Shown: positions 1 to 13,610 of the stretch, piece after piece
Position numbering within the stretch: the stretch's first letter is position 1
Layout: each line of letters starts with the position of its first letter
Notes under the pieces: generated by a model
What the model saw: the letters and a program-made list of their open reading frames with translations, nothing else
Told to the model about the DNA's origin: nothing
Database searches by the model: none
DNA from: Lama glama
Taxonomy: Eukaryota
DNA length: 64,000 bases
Reading direction: 5' to 3'
NCBI GenBank assembly: GCA_028534125.1
Contig: CM052816.1
Span: 69,876,001 to 69,940,000 of the forward strand
Position numbers and translations under genes: made by a program

Positions 1-44
1 CACCAAGAGAAAAGGAGAAAACAGCCGTTTGGGAGGAGGTAAGA
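1..44 (+). other. Possible 3' end of a + strand exon with splice donor (GAG|GTAAGA at 38/39)
   Basis: Near-consensus donor after a purine-rich stretch open in all three frames (e.g. PREKEKTAVWEE); too short to identify. Confidence 0.3.
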
Positions 45-1215
45 GGGCTTCCCTCCCTGTTGGGCCTTTTCAGCTGGTTTCTGATAACGTTTGAATTATG
101 AGCTTTTAGGGCTAGGAGGTCCTTGCTCTTTCAGTTAAGTTTCCCCCTCCCCTTAACATTTTAGGATTAAAAATATTCAAAAGTAGAAAGAATATAGTAA
201 ATATAAAAAGTATAATTAGCTACTATGACTTCATCTTCAATGATTATAAAGCTGTGGCCAATCTAATTTCATCTACCCTGCCACCCACATCCCCTCACCC
301 TGCTGAATTATTTTAGAGCAAATATCAGATCTGTTTTTCTATCTGTAAATATATTGGTACCTATCTCTGAAAGATGAAGATTTTCTTCTAAGGCATAAAT
401 CATCACACCTAAAAGAAATCATTATTAATTCCTGGATAACCAGTCAGTTTCCCCCATTATCCCATAAATATTTCTTCCTCAGTTTCTTTATTGGAACCAG
501 AATACAGGTTAAATTCTAGCAATTTCAGTTGGTTGATGTCTCACAAGCGTTTTTTAATCTAGGGGGTTCCTGACTGTCTTGCTTTTGGTTATTCTTGTCA
601 TTTATTTGTTTCAGAAACCAAATGATTTTACTTGCAGGATTTTGTCCTGCATTCACTGACTGCATCCCCATAGTATTTTTTTAAATAACTATTTATTCCT
701 TGTACTCTCTGCAAATGGTGGTTGGATCTAATGATTTGATCAGATTAGGCCTGAATATTTTTTTTTCAAAGAGTACATCATAGTGCTCTATACTTCAGTC
801 AAAATGCTCATGATTGTCTCCTTTTCATTGGTAGCCTTCAGTACTGTTGCCTAGACCCATTCCTCCACTGGAGTTTCAGAATGGTGATATTCTAGCACAC
901 ATGAGCTGGAAAACTTCCATAAAGAGAACGTTCCCCAGACCTACCTTTTTGGTTGTCCAGTGATATAGTTTGTATAGGAAAGGCAGAGTCAATGCTTGAT
1001 TCTTTTCTCTATATATCATCAAAGTTTTGAGTTAGGCTTCCCAAGTTAATCCAGTTATGTTTTTTAATTTTTCAAATTTCAGTATGGTTTTATGGATTTA
1101 AACATGTTTGTTTTGCTCTATTGGATCTATTATCATTGTTGATGCTCACATTGTCCGTTATTTGACCAATGGCAGCCCCTTCAAGTTGTCTTCTGAGTCC
1201 TTCTGACGCTGCCAT

Positions 1216-1826
1216 TGTATTAGTTTCCTAGGGCTGTTGTAACAAAGTCTCACATACTCAATGGCTTAAAACAAGAAATAGGGGAGTGGATATAGCTCAG
1301 TGGTAGAGTGCCTGCTCAGCATGCATGAGGTCATGGGTTCAGTCCCCAGTATCTCCATTAAAAGTGAATAAATAAATAAGCCTAATCTCCCCCCCCCAAA
1401 TTTTTTTTTAAATAACAAGAAATTCATTTTCTCATAGTTCTGAAGAATAGATGTCTGAAATCAAGATGTGGGCAGGGTTGGTTTCTCCTGAGGTGCTGAG
1501 GGACTATCTGTTCCATGCCCCTCTCCTAGCTTCTGGCACTTGCCAGCAATCCTTGGGTTTCTTTGATTTGTAGGTATATCACTCCAGTCTCTGCCTCCGT
1601 CATCACATGCTGTTCACTCCCTGTCTGCAGCAGTATCTAAATTTCCCTCTTTCATACTGATGGCAGTCATTGGATTAGGGGTCTCCCTAATCCAGTATCA
1701 CCTCATTTTTTGCTTGATTACATCTGCAAAGACCTATTTCTAAATAAGGTCATATTCCACAGGTACCAGGAGTTAGGCTTTAAATATATCTTTTGTTTTG
1801 GGGGACAAAAATTCAACATACAACAA
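1216..1826 (-). mobile_element. MaLR solo LTR, MLT1C-like, with SINE inserted
   Basis: Begins tgtattagtttcctagggctg..., ends ...ggggacaaaaattcaacatacaaca; matches recalled MLT1C reverse complement throughout. Confidence 0.85.
1281..1412 (+). mobile_element. tRNA-derived camelid SINE (Vic-1-like), full length
   Basis: A-box tagctcagtgg, B-box gggttcagtccc, aataaataaataa tail plus C-run; flanking direct repeat AACAAGAAAT (1270-1279 and 1414-1423). Confidence 0.9.
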
Positions 1827-2619
1827 CACCGATAGTCTTTGATAACTTTATTGCTTTCTAGTAAGACAAAACACTGTAGATTCATTCTTTTACATTTCCT
1901 GTTGCAAGCCCAGAATCAACTCTCACTCTTTTAAGTTGGAAATGATATTTAGGGACTACAATCTAAGCACTAGGAGTGTTCATTTTTACTGAGTTGGGCC
2001 TTTTCAAAGAAAAGAAATTGGAAATGCTTTTATATTTTTTTAAGTAAAACACATTGTATATTCCTGACTCTCACTTCAAATTCAAATTCAAGACTTCAAG
2101 ACTCCAAGACTCAACCCCGTCACACCATCACCTACTACTCCTTTCTCCCATGGGAAAGTCCTGGTTCCCAATTAAGAAATACAATTATTCTTTTACTTAA
2201 TCTCGTAATACACACACACACTGTCTCAAAATAACAAAGCTAACACTACCACCAACAATATGATTACTGAAAACAGTTTAAGATTTTTTTAATTATTCTG
2301 GCTGGAAACCCTTTTTGTCCTTCAGAGTACATTCCATTTAGGATGGGCAATGAATTTATTGCATTTTGATGTCATGTGAAATAGTTTTTATGTGTGTGGT
2401 GATGCCACCAACTTGGTGCACAGTTAGTTTAAAATTCATTTATTTTCAGTGTTTAAAGCTTGTCTCTTTAAATTAAATTTTGTTCTTATAAATACGTAAG
2501 CGATTTTCAGAGCTTCAGAGTCTAATGTACAGTGCAAAGTATAATCACAGAAATCTACCTCTGTGCCTGTTCTGTCTACCTTGTGTCCTCCTCCTTTAGA
2601 GATAATCATTTAAACTTTT

Positions 2620-3060
2620 TTATCCTTGCATTTTTCATGTTGTCATATTTAGCAAACTTGTTGAACTCATTTATTAGTACTAATAGTTTTTTAGTAGATA
2701 TTCCTTTGGCTTTTCCAGGTATAAAATCATGCTATCTGTGAATAGAAATAAGTTTTCCTTATTCCTTTCCAATCTGGATGTTTTTTGTTTCTGTTTCTTA
2801 CCTAATTGTCCTGGCTAGAATCTCCAGTACAAGGTTGAATAGAAGTGGCAAGAGAGGACATCCTTGTCTCGTTCCCCATTTAGGGGGAGAAACTCCATTC
2901 TTTCACTATTAAGTGTGATGCTAGTGGCAGGTTTTTCATAGATGGCTTTTTATCAAGTTGGGAAGTTTCCTTCTATTTCTAGTTTGTTGAGTGTTTTTAT
3001 CATGAAATAGTGTTGGATTTTGTCAAATGCTTTTCTGCATCTTTTGACATGATATTATGG
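2620..3060 (-). mobile_element. Old L1M ORF2 fragment (host; resumes at ~6182-6475)
   Basis: Antisense ORF2 motifs (tcctttccaatctggatg, ggacatccttgtct, tcaaatgcttttctgcat); continues collinearly after 6182. Confidence 0.85.
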
Positions 3061-3561
3061 GTTTTTTTGAAGTATAGTTGATTTACAATTTTGTGTTAGT
3101 TTCAAGTGTACAGCAAAGTGATTCAGTTTTATATCTATATATATATATAGATAGATTTTTTTAAGATTCTTTTCCATTATAGATTATTACAAGATATTGA
3201 ATATAGTTCCCTGTACTATACAGTAGGTCCTTGTTGTTTATCCATTTTATACATAGTAGTGTGTGTATATTAATCCTAAACTCCTAATTTCTCCCTCCTC
3301 CCCTTTCTACTTTGGTAACCATAAGTTTTTTTTTCTATGCCTGTGAATCTATTTCTGCTTTGTAAATAAGTTTATTTGTATCATTTTTTTAGATTCCACA
3401 TATAAGTGATATCATATGATATTTGTCTTTCTCTGTCTGACTTACTTCACTTAATATCATAATCTCTAGGTCCATCCATAATGCTACAAATGACATTATT
3501 TCATTCTTTTGCATGGCTGAGTAATAGTCCATAGTGTGTGTGTGTGTGTGTGTGTATACAT

Positions 3562-3631
<70 letters not shown>

Positions 3632-4391
3632 TACATTTTTTTTATCCATTCATCCCCTGGTGGACATCTAGGTTGCTTCCGTGTCTTGACTATTGTAAAT
3701 AGCACCACTATGAACATTGGGGCGCATGTGTCTTTTTGAATTAGAGCTTTCCCTGAATCTATGCCCTGGAATGGGATTGCTGGCTCATATAGTAACTCTA
3801 TTTTTAGTTTTTTAAGGAACTTCCGTACAGTTCTCCATAGTGGCTGCACCAATTTACTTGCCCACCAACAGTGTAGAAGGGTTCCTTTTACTCCACACCC
3901 TCTTTAGCATTTATTATTTGTTGACTTTTTGATGATGGCCATTCTGACTGGTGTGAGGTGATACCTTATGGTAGTTTTGGTTGGCGTGTCCCTAATAATT
4001 AGCAATGTTGAGCATTTTTTCATGTGCCTGTTGGCCATCTGTATATCATCTTTGAAGAAATGTCTATTTAAGTCTTTTGCCCACTTTTTGATTGGGTTGC
4101 TTGGTTTTTTTGATATTAAGCTGTGCAACTTCTTTGTATATTTTGAAAATTAATCCCTTGTCAGTTGCATCATTTGCAAATATTTTCTCCCATTCCATAT
4201 GTTGTCTTTTCCTTTTGTTTGTGGTTTCCTATGCAAAAGCTTTGAAGTTTAAGTAGGTCCAATTTCTTTATTTTTCCTTTTATTTCCGTTATTCTAAGAG
4301 AAGGATCCAAAAAAAATTGCTATGATTTATGCCAAAGATTGTTCTGCCTATGTTTTCCTCTAGAAGTTTTAGAATACCTGATCTTACCTTT
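3061..4391 (-). mobile_element. Cetartiodactyl/camelid L1, 3' non-inverted part (ORF2 C-terminus and 3' UTR)
   Basis: ORFs 3631-3852 and 3904-4128 translate to L1 ORF2 C-terminal motifs (QPLWRTV..., [26 protein letters not shown]); T-rich tail at 3061. Confidence 0.95.
3535..3631. repeat. Compound microsatellite (TG)n-(TA)n-(CA)n in L1 3' UTR
   Basis: Direct reading. Confidence 0.95.
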
Positions 4392-6184
4392 GAAAAGATA
4401 AACACAATTTATAAACCTTTAGCCAGTTCATGAAGAAAAAAGGGAGAGGGACCAAATCAATAAAGTCAGAAATGAAAAAGGAGAAATTACAGACGACACC
4501 ACAGAAATACAAAGGATCACAAGAGGCTACTATGAGCAACTATATGCCAATAAAATGGACAACCTAGAAGAAATGGACAAATTCTTAGAAAGATACAATC
4601 TCCCAAGACTGAATGAGGAGGAAATAGAAAATATGAACAGAATAATTATCAGTACTGAAATTGAATCAGTAGTTTTAAAACTCCCAACAAAACAAAAATC
4701 CAGGACAAGATGGCCTCACAAGTGAATTTTACCAAACATTTAGAGAAGAGTGAACACCTAGCCTCTTGAAACTATTCCAAAAAATTGCAGAGGAAGGAAC
4801 ACTTCCAAACTCAATGAGGCCACCATCACCCTAATAACAAAACCAGACAAAGATACCACACAAAAAAAGAGAATTACAGGTAATATCACTGATGAACATA
4901 GATGCAAAAATCTTCAATAAAATACTAGCATACCAAATCCAACAATACAATTAAAAATAGTATACACCATGATCAAGTGGGATTTATCCCAAGGATGCAA
5001 GGATTTTTAAATATATATGCAAATCAAACAATGTGATACAACACATCAACGAATTGAAGAATAGAAGCCATAAGACAGTCTCATAGATGCAGAAAAACCT
5101 TTTGACAAAATTCAATATCCATTTATGATAAAAAAAACTCTTCAGAAAGTGGGCATAGAGTAAGCATACCTCAATATAATAAAGGCCATATATGACAAAC
5201 CCACAGCTAATATCATACTCAGCATTGAAAAACTGAAAGCATTTCCTCTGAAATCTGGAAAAAGACAAGGATGCCCTCTCTCATCACTTCTATTCAACAT
5301 AATTTTGTTAGTCCTAACCACAGCAATCAGAGAAGAAAAGGAAATAAAAGGAATCCAAATTGGAAAAGAAATAGTAAAACTGTCACTTTGCAGATGACAT
5401 ACTACTATATACAGAATATCCTAAAGAGGCTACCAGAAAACTATTAGAGCTCATCAGTGAATTTGATAGTTTCAGGATACAAAATTAATACAATTTTGTG
5501 AAAGAGATCTGTTGCATTTCTATACACTAACAATGAAATATCAGAAAAAGAAATTAAGGAAACAATCCCATTTACTGTCACATCAAAAGAATAAAATACC
5601 TAGGAATAAACCTGCCTAGGGAGGCAAAAAACCTGTACTCTGAAAACTATGAAAGAAATTGAAGACAACACAAACAGTTGGAAAGATATACCATGTTCTT
5701 GGATTGGAAGAGTCAGTATTGTTAAAATGGACATACTAGCCAAGGCAATCTACAGAGTCAGTGCAATCCCTATCAAGTTACCAATGACATTTTTCACAGA
5801 ACTAGAACAAAAAAAAGTTTAATTTGTATATAAACACAAAAGATAGCCAAAACAATCTTGAGAAAGAAGAATGAAGCTGAAGGAATCATGTTCCCAGACT
5901 TCAGAGTATACTATAAAGCTACAGTAACCAAAACAGTATGTTACTGGAACAAAACAGACACATGGATCAATGGAACAGGATAGAAAACCCAGAAATAATC
6001 CCATCCACTTATGGTCAATTAATCTACAATAAAGAAGGCAAGAATATACAATGGAGAAAAGACATTCTCTTCAGTAAGGGAAAACCGGACAGCTATGTGT
6101 AAAAGAATGGAGTTAGAACATTCTCTAAAGCCATATACAAAAACACACTCAAAATGGATTAAAGACCTAAATGTAAGGCCAGAT
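4392..6184 (+). mobile_element. Inverted 5' part of the same L1 (degenerate ORF2 RT region)
   Basis: Sense ORF2 sequence (ctatatgccaataaaatggacaacctagaagaaatggac; tttgcagatgacata, FADD-like; tggattaaagacctaaatgtaag) with frameshifts. Confidence 0.95.
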
Positions 6185-7210
6185 AATATGTTTTTTGTTT
6201 TTCATTCTATTGAGCTGGTGTATTACATTAATTGATTTTCAGATGTTAAACCAAGTTTGCATTCCTATGGTAAATCCTACTTATTTAATTTTATGGTGTA
6301 TAGTTCTTTTTATATGTTGTTGGGTTGGTTTGCTACTATTTTTCGAGTCTTGAGTTTTGACTTTTATGTCTATATTCATAAGAGATATTTGTCTGCAGTT
6401 TTCTCATGATGTCTTTGTCTGGTTTTCATATTATAGAATGAGTTGCAAAATCTTCCCTCTAATCTTTTGGAATAGTAGTTCATTTTTTACTATACAAAAA
6501 TATGTATATATTTTTTAGTGTGTTCTTATTACTTTTTATATTCTCATGGTACTTCACTGAGTGGATATACCAATGTTTATTCAAGCACCTCCTTATTGAT
6601 AGACATTTGAATGGTTTCCAGTCTTTTGCTATTACAGCTCACATGGTGCTGAATTACTCTAGCAATATGTCTTTTCATATGCCCCTATAAGTGTGGTATA
6701 GATTCTCAGAAGTGAGATTGATGAGTCAAAGACAAAGCACATGTGGAACTTTGCTAGATACTGCCAAATTCTTTTCCTTAGAGCTTGGACCATTTAGCAT
6801 TTTGTTAAAAAAAAAAAAAGTGTTTGTGCTTAGCTTTACCAACAAAGTATTTTGTTTAATTTTTTTTTTTTTTTTTTGCCATTTTGACAGGTAAGAAATA
6901 GTACCTCCATATAGTTTTCATTTGCATTGGTTTCATTATGGGTGAGTTTAAGCATCTTTTCCTATGGCTAAGGGCCATTTGCACATCTTTCTTTGTGAAC
7001 ACTCTGTTCATACTTCTAGCCTATTTTTCTATAAAATAGTTGAACTTTTCTTCTGTTTTTAAAAACTTTCATACATTAAGAATATTGACAATTTTTGTCT
7101 GTAGTTAAATTATAATTTTTTCCCAGATTAACATTCATCTTTTTACTGTGTTTCTGGTATTTTCTTTTCCCATGCAAAAGTTTTGATATTTAATTTTTAT
7201 AATCAATCCT
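6182..7210 (-). mobile_element. Old L1M/L1ME fragments
   Basis: Continuation of host L1 ORF2 to ~6475, then degenerate L1ME-like 3' sequence (gacatttgaatggtttccagtcttttgctattac). Confidence 0.7.
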
Positions 7211-9174
7211 CTAGGTTCCATTTCTGAACTAAGTACATGCATAGGAATGATTTAGAGAGAAAGAACTCTGATCTGAACAGCTCAGATCACTGGCTGAATG
7301 CCCGAGGACTTCAACCTAATGACTCCCCTTGGAGCCACTGGTGTTCACTCTCCTCCTTACCATCATTAATGCAATTATTACCAGATAAACCATACATTTC
7401 AAGATAATGCTCCTTCCTCTAACTTAGGACCTGTTTTCCTCACAGTGCTCTTGTGGACTTGGATGGATGAAAGTGGTGATGTAAGGGTGTGAACAGGGAG
7501 GAGGATCCTGAGAGCACTAAAGCTTTGGCTGAAGCTCAGGGGCCCCAAACAGCGCAAAATGTGGCTGACAAATGTATTTCCCTCTAAGGCCACTGCCATG
7601 AGAACGGAGAGATATTTTCTTATACTCAGATTCCTCTTCTTGAAAACTAATTGTGCTTTTCACCAGGGTTTCTTTTGCAGAATAAAACAAACACTGTAAG
7701 TCTTGAAAGTGTCTGGGGAAGACTTCCATGAGTTTATGGATAATGCTGCATTTCTTAAATTTTTTTAGACGTACAGGCAGTAGGCATGGTGACTACTCAT
7801 CCTGCAAAGATAACAGTATAACAGTCTGCATTTGTGCTTCTCCTGCGTTGTTCCCTTGGCAGATGAGTTCTCCCAGACAGACTGTACTCATTTCACACAT
7901 TTGGATTCATATGTTTACTTATTGCCTATTTAAAATTTTTTAAATGATAAAGTATTTAAATTATAATTTTTTTAAATCCCAGATAGTGACATAACAGCCA
8001 TCACATACCTACCACCTGTTCTTTAACCTGAATTCTTACATGCAGCCTTTTTGAAAAATTAAAATACTGGCTTTGAACACCCCTTTGCATTACAGAAAGT
8101 TATAGAGTTTCTGGATATATATGAAATTATATGAAATGTGACTGGGCATAGAAACGTGTAAATACACACTTGGATTTTACCTGCGTTTGAGTAAAGTTGG
8201 GGCAGGGGTGGTTTTAGGCTGTTCTTGCTGCTCTGCTCCTGATAATTGTTTCCTGTCCCGTACCTTTGTAGAGCTTGTCCTTTCTCTTCATTTCACGACG
8301 TGCAGTAGAGGATACATTGGACCTAATTTCCTTCTTCAGTTGTCCCCAAACTTGCAGTTGGTTTAGGAACAATGCCAGGTAGCCCTCAACACGGAACACA
8401 AAGAAAGGGTTCTGTATCTGGTTACAATTTAGAGGCGGTCCCATTAACTTTCACATACCCCTGGCTACTGGGCTGTGTTGAACTTCCAGGAAGCTGGGCT
8501 TTATCTTTAGATAGGAATTTAGGCAGATAGTGTCCAAATGTTGAGAGCACGTTACCATTCTGACAAATTAGTTCCTAATTATTTGGCTCCAGGCTCTGCC
8601 CATATTGCATGCAGAGCAGGCCTTTACCAGGACACTTGGAGAGTTTTGTAGCTCAAACTGATTTAACTTAAAACAAATGGATCCATGTGATTATCTCAAC
8701 CACAAATACGTAACACAATGTGTAATATATTTAAACAGCAAGAGGAAATTTAGTAATGGAATTTCAAAATTGTTTGAAAGAAAGGGACTTTGAGGGGAAA
8801 GAAAGGAAGAAGTGAATTGGTGACGCCAGTTAAGATTATTTTCAAATACCACAGCTGGACTTGGGTTTGTACAGTGAGAGTCATGGTGTTGTAAAGAAAA
8901 CGAGCAGGAATCCAAGTGCCAGGATACCACGTGGAGGAATAAGTGACAAGGCTCCAGACACCCAGAAAGAACACTGCCCACTGTGTGCGCTATGAACTTA
9001 CTTAATTTTCTATAGGAAAATGTTCTGATTTACATGCTTTATCAGGGAAATATCTAGGTAGGAATAGAGCCTTTGTTGTGATCACTTCACTCGTTACTTT
9101 TTATAACTGCCTCCTCATGTACTCTATTGCTTTTCTAACACATGTGTCTTCCACATAGACCAACCCTATAGTAG

Positions 9175-9380
9175 TTATAATAACAGCAAACTTTAATAGC
9201 CCTTAATATGTCCTGAACATTGTTCTAAGTGCTATGCATTACCTCATTTATTTCCCACAGCCACCATATGGGGCTGATACTATCATGATCTTGCTCTTGC
9301 AGATTAGCAAGGGGCAGAGAAGTTAACTTGCCTAAGATGACACCTAGAATGTCATTCTTAACCATTATATAATACTGCCC
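9175..9380 (-). mobile_element. MIR SINE
   Basis: MIR core antisense (cattgttctaagtgct..., gagaagttaacttgcctaagatgacac, tcttaaccattat). Confidence 0.75.
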
Positions 9381-10094
9381 TCCTCAGCACACCAAGCATC
9401 TGGTGACAAATGCCTTGTGTAATGAAAGAACTTCCAAAGACCAACTGATTTTGAGTAAATATGCAGGGCTAAACTTTTCAGAACTACAAAAACATGAGAT
9501 TCTCAATAATGTGTGACAATAGGCTTTCAAAGAAAATTGTTTAGATGTGTGAATTTTAATACATCTGTCTGAAAACCAATCACCTTTCTGCGTAGTCACA
9601 CTGTAATAGATTTGTTAGGTTAAAATGGACAAAAGTGCCTACCGTTGACTCTTTTTGACCTAGAAAAATTGGTGATTTTCAAGTGGTTCAATCTCATATT
9701 TTTGGCACTATTGAAAAGACGATGCTTCTTAGTGATCTTAACTGTTTGTCCATCCATCAACAACAGTTATTGAGAGTTAACTGTGCCAAACACTATGTCA
9801 AAAGCCACAAAGACATGGACCTCAGGGATATTGAGAAAAAGACATGCATATGAGCCCAGAGAGGGAAGGTGGTCCTCACACAGGAGAGGAGGTCTGATGG
9901 GAATGTAATGGAGGAGTAGGAGCTTGCCCCTACTGCTGAAAAGGACATTAAAAACATCCAATTGAGTTAGCTTTCAAAGAGGAAGACTGACATTTCTTTA
10001 GAGTTGTTGGATTTTCTTGGGGGCAGTACTGTGGACATGCCAGACTTATCTGCTTTCAAACCTCATCTCTCCTTCTTCAAAATCTTAGGTCTTG

Positions 10095-10215
10095 GGACAA
10101 GGTGGAGTATTAATACCTGCCTCATATAATTATGATCGCTTGCATAGAGTATGTGAAAAGCTCGGCAAAATCAAACATGCACAGTATTTAGTCAATGGTG
10201 ACTTTTTATTATTGT
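10095..10215 (+). mobile_element. MIR 3' fragment
   Basis: attaatacctgcctcatataatt...gtatgtgaaaag...ttattattgttg. Confidence 0.55.
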
Positions 10216-12771
10216 TGCCTAGTTTACTTCTTTGTTAACTAGCTCATCACTGGACCAATGTCAGGGAGGTGTCAAGAATATTTTCCATGAAAGCCATTGA
10301 CCATGCGGTTGGGGGATGGGTACAGGTATTGCATTGGTGGGTGATTATGACCTTAGAGAACTTGTGGCTTTTCATCAGGCCATAGTGTGGTGCAGAATTT
10401 TCCCAGAAATCCATGATATCTGCTTGTCATCTTGCAAGTGTCTGTGTGAGCTTCAAGAGCAACTTGTCAGCAGACAAAAGTTCCCAGATGGCTTTTTTAA
10501 GGACTTTTGATCTCTACTGTCTTTGATTTGAATGTTCCCCAGAGATCTGAAAGCAGATTTCTTGCTGCATCCTTAAACATGGCTGTGCAAAACTGAGCAA
10601 ATTATTGGCACAGTCCACCCATCTTGTTTAACTATAGATGGATTCATGGGCGGAAGAATAACTTCACATCTGACATCATTGACTGAGCCATGATCCACTG
10701 GCCTTGGGAGCTCTGCAAACTTCTCAGAAGCACTAGCCTGGTGTCCACCTGTGGTCAGCTGGAATGAAAGTTCCAATTGCAGAATCTCGCTTGTGAAATG
10801 GCTGCCAGATTTTGCCCTGCTGCTGTCAACTGTCTTGATTTTTGAGTAGTTTTATTAGCTTCACCCACAAGCTGTAATGGATTTGAGATGGCAGTTCAAG
10901 AGCTACAAATATTGGAGGTTCTGGAACACTAGCGCACAGTAGAGTCAGCCACGGTCAAATAAGGCTTAGTGCAACCTGCCTCCCTGGGCCAGCTTCGTGC
11001 AGAGAATAGATGTTAAAAGGAAGACTATCCAAGACTCTGCATGGTGGGCCCTTATCCATGAGAGGGAAAGAAGGATCTCCATCTTAAGACCTGGGGTCCA
11101 ACAAAAAGTAGGGCTTGACTATTGGAGACCCTGTTGTCTATGAAATATGAGCATAGCCTCAATTCAGGCCATACAATTCCTTATATTTACTAATCTTGTC
11201 TCAGGATTTTGCAAACACTATGCAAGATTCATTGCTTATACTCTACAAAGGGTTAACTACAGACTGACTTTGGGGGGAAAATGTGTTTTAGTTGTTCCAA
11301 AGCCTCTTCCCCTTATGGCTGTGTTCTGATATAACCTTAGTGCCATCCAAGGCAATAAATAGCAGAGGAGTTGGGGTAAATCCAATTATTTTCCCACAGC
11401 ATCTTCTGTTGTAAGTATGTCAGATTTTTAAAAATGAGACTCCATAAACTACATCATCGCAGAGTCCCGTTGTGGTCTCCAGGGGTTTCAATGTTCCAAA
11501 TGCTTGCCTTTTTGGACAGTGCATTGATGTGGCCCTGGGGACTGGTTAGAGTGACTAAAAACACTCCTGGCACTGGATCACCTTGTGGTTAAGGTGAAAT
11601 GGGGATCTTGTTTTCAAGAGGTTGGAGGAGAAGAACTCAGGGGAAAGGGCCCAACAGGGGGTGACTTGCTCTTTGGGGCTTAGGAGAGATTGACCCTTGA
11701 CCTTCCCAATCTTCAGACCTTAGAAGGTCCTTGCTGGTCACACACATTCACATCCGTCTTGGCAGCCTGAACCCCCACGTCCTTGGAAATTCCTAGAAGT
11801 GTAAAGACAAAATCAGCCCCAGGATGTTGGCAGGATTCAATGTGTTACTGAAAATGGGCCTTTGTGGATGGAGACTGAAGGGTTTAAAGTGAAAAAAGAG
11901 AAGAAAGTTTATGTAATTATCAGTGACTCCAGTGATTTCAGTTGTTCTGAAATGGTTCATTACCAAAGATTGAAATAGGGTCACAGGAACATTGCTTCCC
12001 AGCGAGGGAGAAGGGTATCTCTCTGCAGTCCCTGCTCTCGCCTCCCATCTCAGCCAAGACTGTCACTTGGGAATTCCTCAGGAAACTGTTCGTGGGGCTT
12101 TGGATTTACAAGCTTTGTAACTCTTCTCTGAATGCCACAAGCCACAGTCACAGAGATTCCCAGCTTCCAGCCTCCTAGCTGACTCTGGGTCCTTTCCCAA
12201 ACACTAAATAATGGGACAAGGATGGAAGACAGTTTCTTTTCCCAAGCGCAGAGGCGGAAGGCTGGATGACTGCGTTCCCTGAGCCCGGGGCTAACTCCGG
12301 TCCCCTGGCTGATACCTACTCTGGGTCAGCGTGCGCAGGCGAAGGTCTGGTTGGAGCTGGGAGGAGGGGGTGGCTTTCCATGACAGCCTCCCTTATTCAT
12401 GGTCGTCCTCTTCTCGGCCAAAACTGTATTTCCTGGTGCCTCTCCCGGGGTTGCAAAGGAGGAGCAGTTGGATCATTTGATTAGCTTTTTCCCAGAACAG
12501 GGACCCTCCCATCTCTGTTTACTTCCCTGTGAGTGAAGGAGGAGGCCCAAGAATGGGGGCGCCTGCTGGGGCTGCTCCTGAAGCAGAAACAGCCCCAGAG
12601 TCAGCCCTGGTTTTGCTCGATGTAGGCAATCTCCCACATCAGGTAGACACCTGCTAACTCTTCACCCCCCTGCTCTACTCCAGGGGAAAGCCATTTCCGG
12701 GGGTCCCACTCCAGCTCTCCCCACAGACAAAGGAAACTCTCCTTGCTCCTCGTGGACCACTTGTCTGGGGT

Positions 12772-13610
12772 GTTTTTCTTTAATTGTAGTTTTAAAGAAA
12801 CCCACATAGCATACAGTTTGCCATCTTTTTTTTCTTTCTTTCTTTCTTTCTTAACATTTTTTTATGAGTAATACTCATTTTACAAAATTGTGTTAAATTC
12901 CAGTGTAGAGCATAATTTTTCAGTTATACATGAACATACATATATTCATTGTCACATTTTTTTTCCCTGTGAGCTACCACAAGATCTTGCATATATTTCC
13001 CTGTGCTATACAGTGTAATCTTGTTTATCTATTCTACATTTTGAAATCCCAGTCTGTCCCTTCCCGCTCCCCGCGCCCTTGACAACCACAAGTTTGTATT
13101 CTGTGTCTATGAGTCTGTTTCTGTACAGTTTACCATCTTAACCATTTTTCATTGTACAGTTCAGGAGTGTTAACTGTATTCACACTGTGTATACCAGATC
13201 TCCAGGACCATTTTCATCTTGCAGAACTGAATCTCTCCTCATTGAGCAGCTCCCCATTCCCTGCCCCCAGCTTCTAGCAACTACCATTCTACTTTTTCTG
13301 AGTTTATTGACTTTAGATACCTTATGTAAGTGGAAATATATAATATTGGACTTTCAGTGGCTAATTTATTTCACTTATTAGAATGTCCTCAAGGTTTATC
13401 CATGTAGCATGTGACAGAATTTCCTTCTTTTTCAAGGCTTAATAATATTCCACTGGCTTATCTATTCATCTGTCAATGGACATTTCAGTTGCTTCCACCT
13501 TTGGCTATTGTGAATAACACTGCATTGAACCTAGGTGTGCAAATATCTCTTTGAGACCCTGATTTTAGTTCTTTTAGATGCAAAACCCAGAAGTGGGACT
13601 GCTGGATCAA
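12772..13610 (-). mobile_element. L1MB-type 3' end containing a younger L1 fragment
   Basis: accatcttaaccatttt...tcatcttgcagaactgaa...gggactgctggatca. Confidence 0.85.
12828..13123 (-). mobile_element. Young 5'-truncated L1 3' fragment
   Basis: T/(TTTC)n tail at 12826-12850; 16-bp TSD TACAGTTT(G/A)CCATCTT at 12812-12827 and 13124-13139. Confidence 0.9.

Larger units (their letters stand above)
160..2620 (-). mobile_element. Ancient L1ME/L1MD-type 3' region, interrupted by an MLT1 LTR
   Basis: AT-rich degenerate sequence resembling old L1M 3' UTR antisense (aaaatattcaaaagtagaaagaat..., gaattattttagagcaaatatcagat). Confidence 0.6.

Noticed and set aside
1281..1355. tRNA-like sequence
   Set aside because: Head of a SINE with tail and TSD; related copies at 35598 and 44372
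10316..10510. Faint resemblance of IFPEIHDICLSSCKCLCELQEQL to a RhoGEF DH helix
   Set aside because: Flanking DH motifs absent and spacing wrong; unsupported without an HMM search
11400..11410. 11-nt microexon-like element (cacag|...|gtaagt)
   Set aside because: Not frame-preserving and no supporting gene model; such pairs occur by chance
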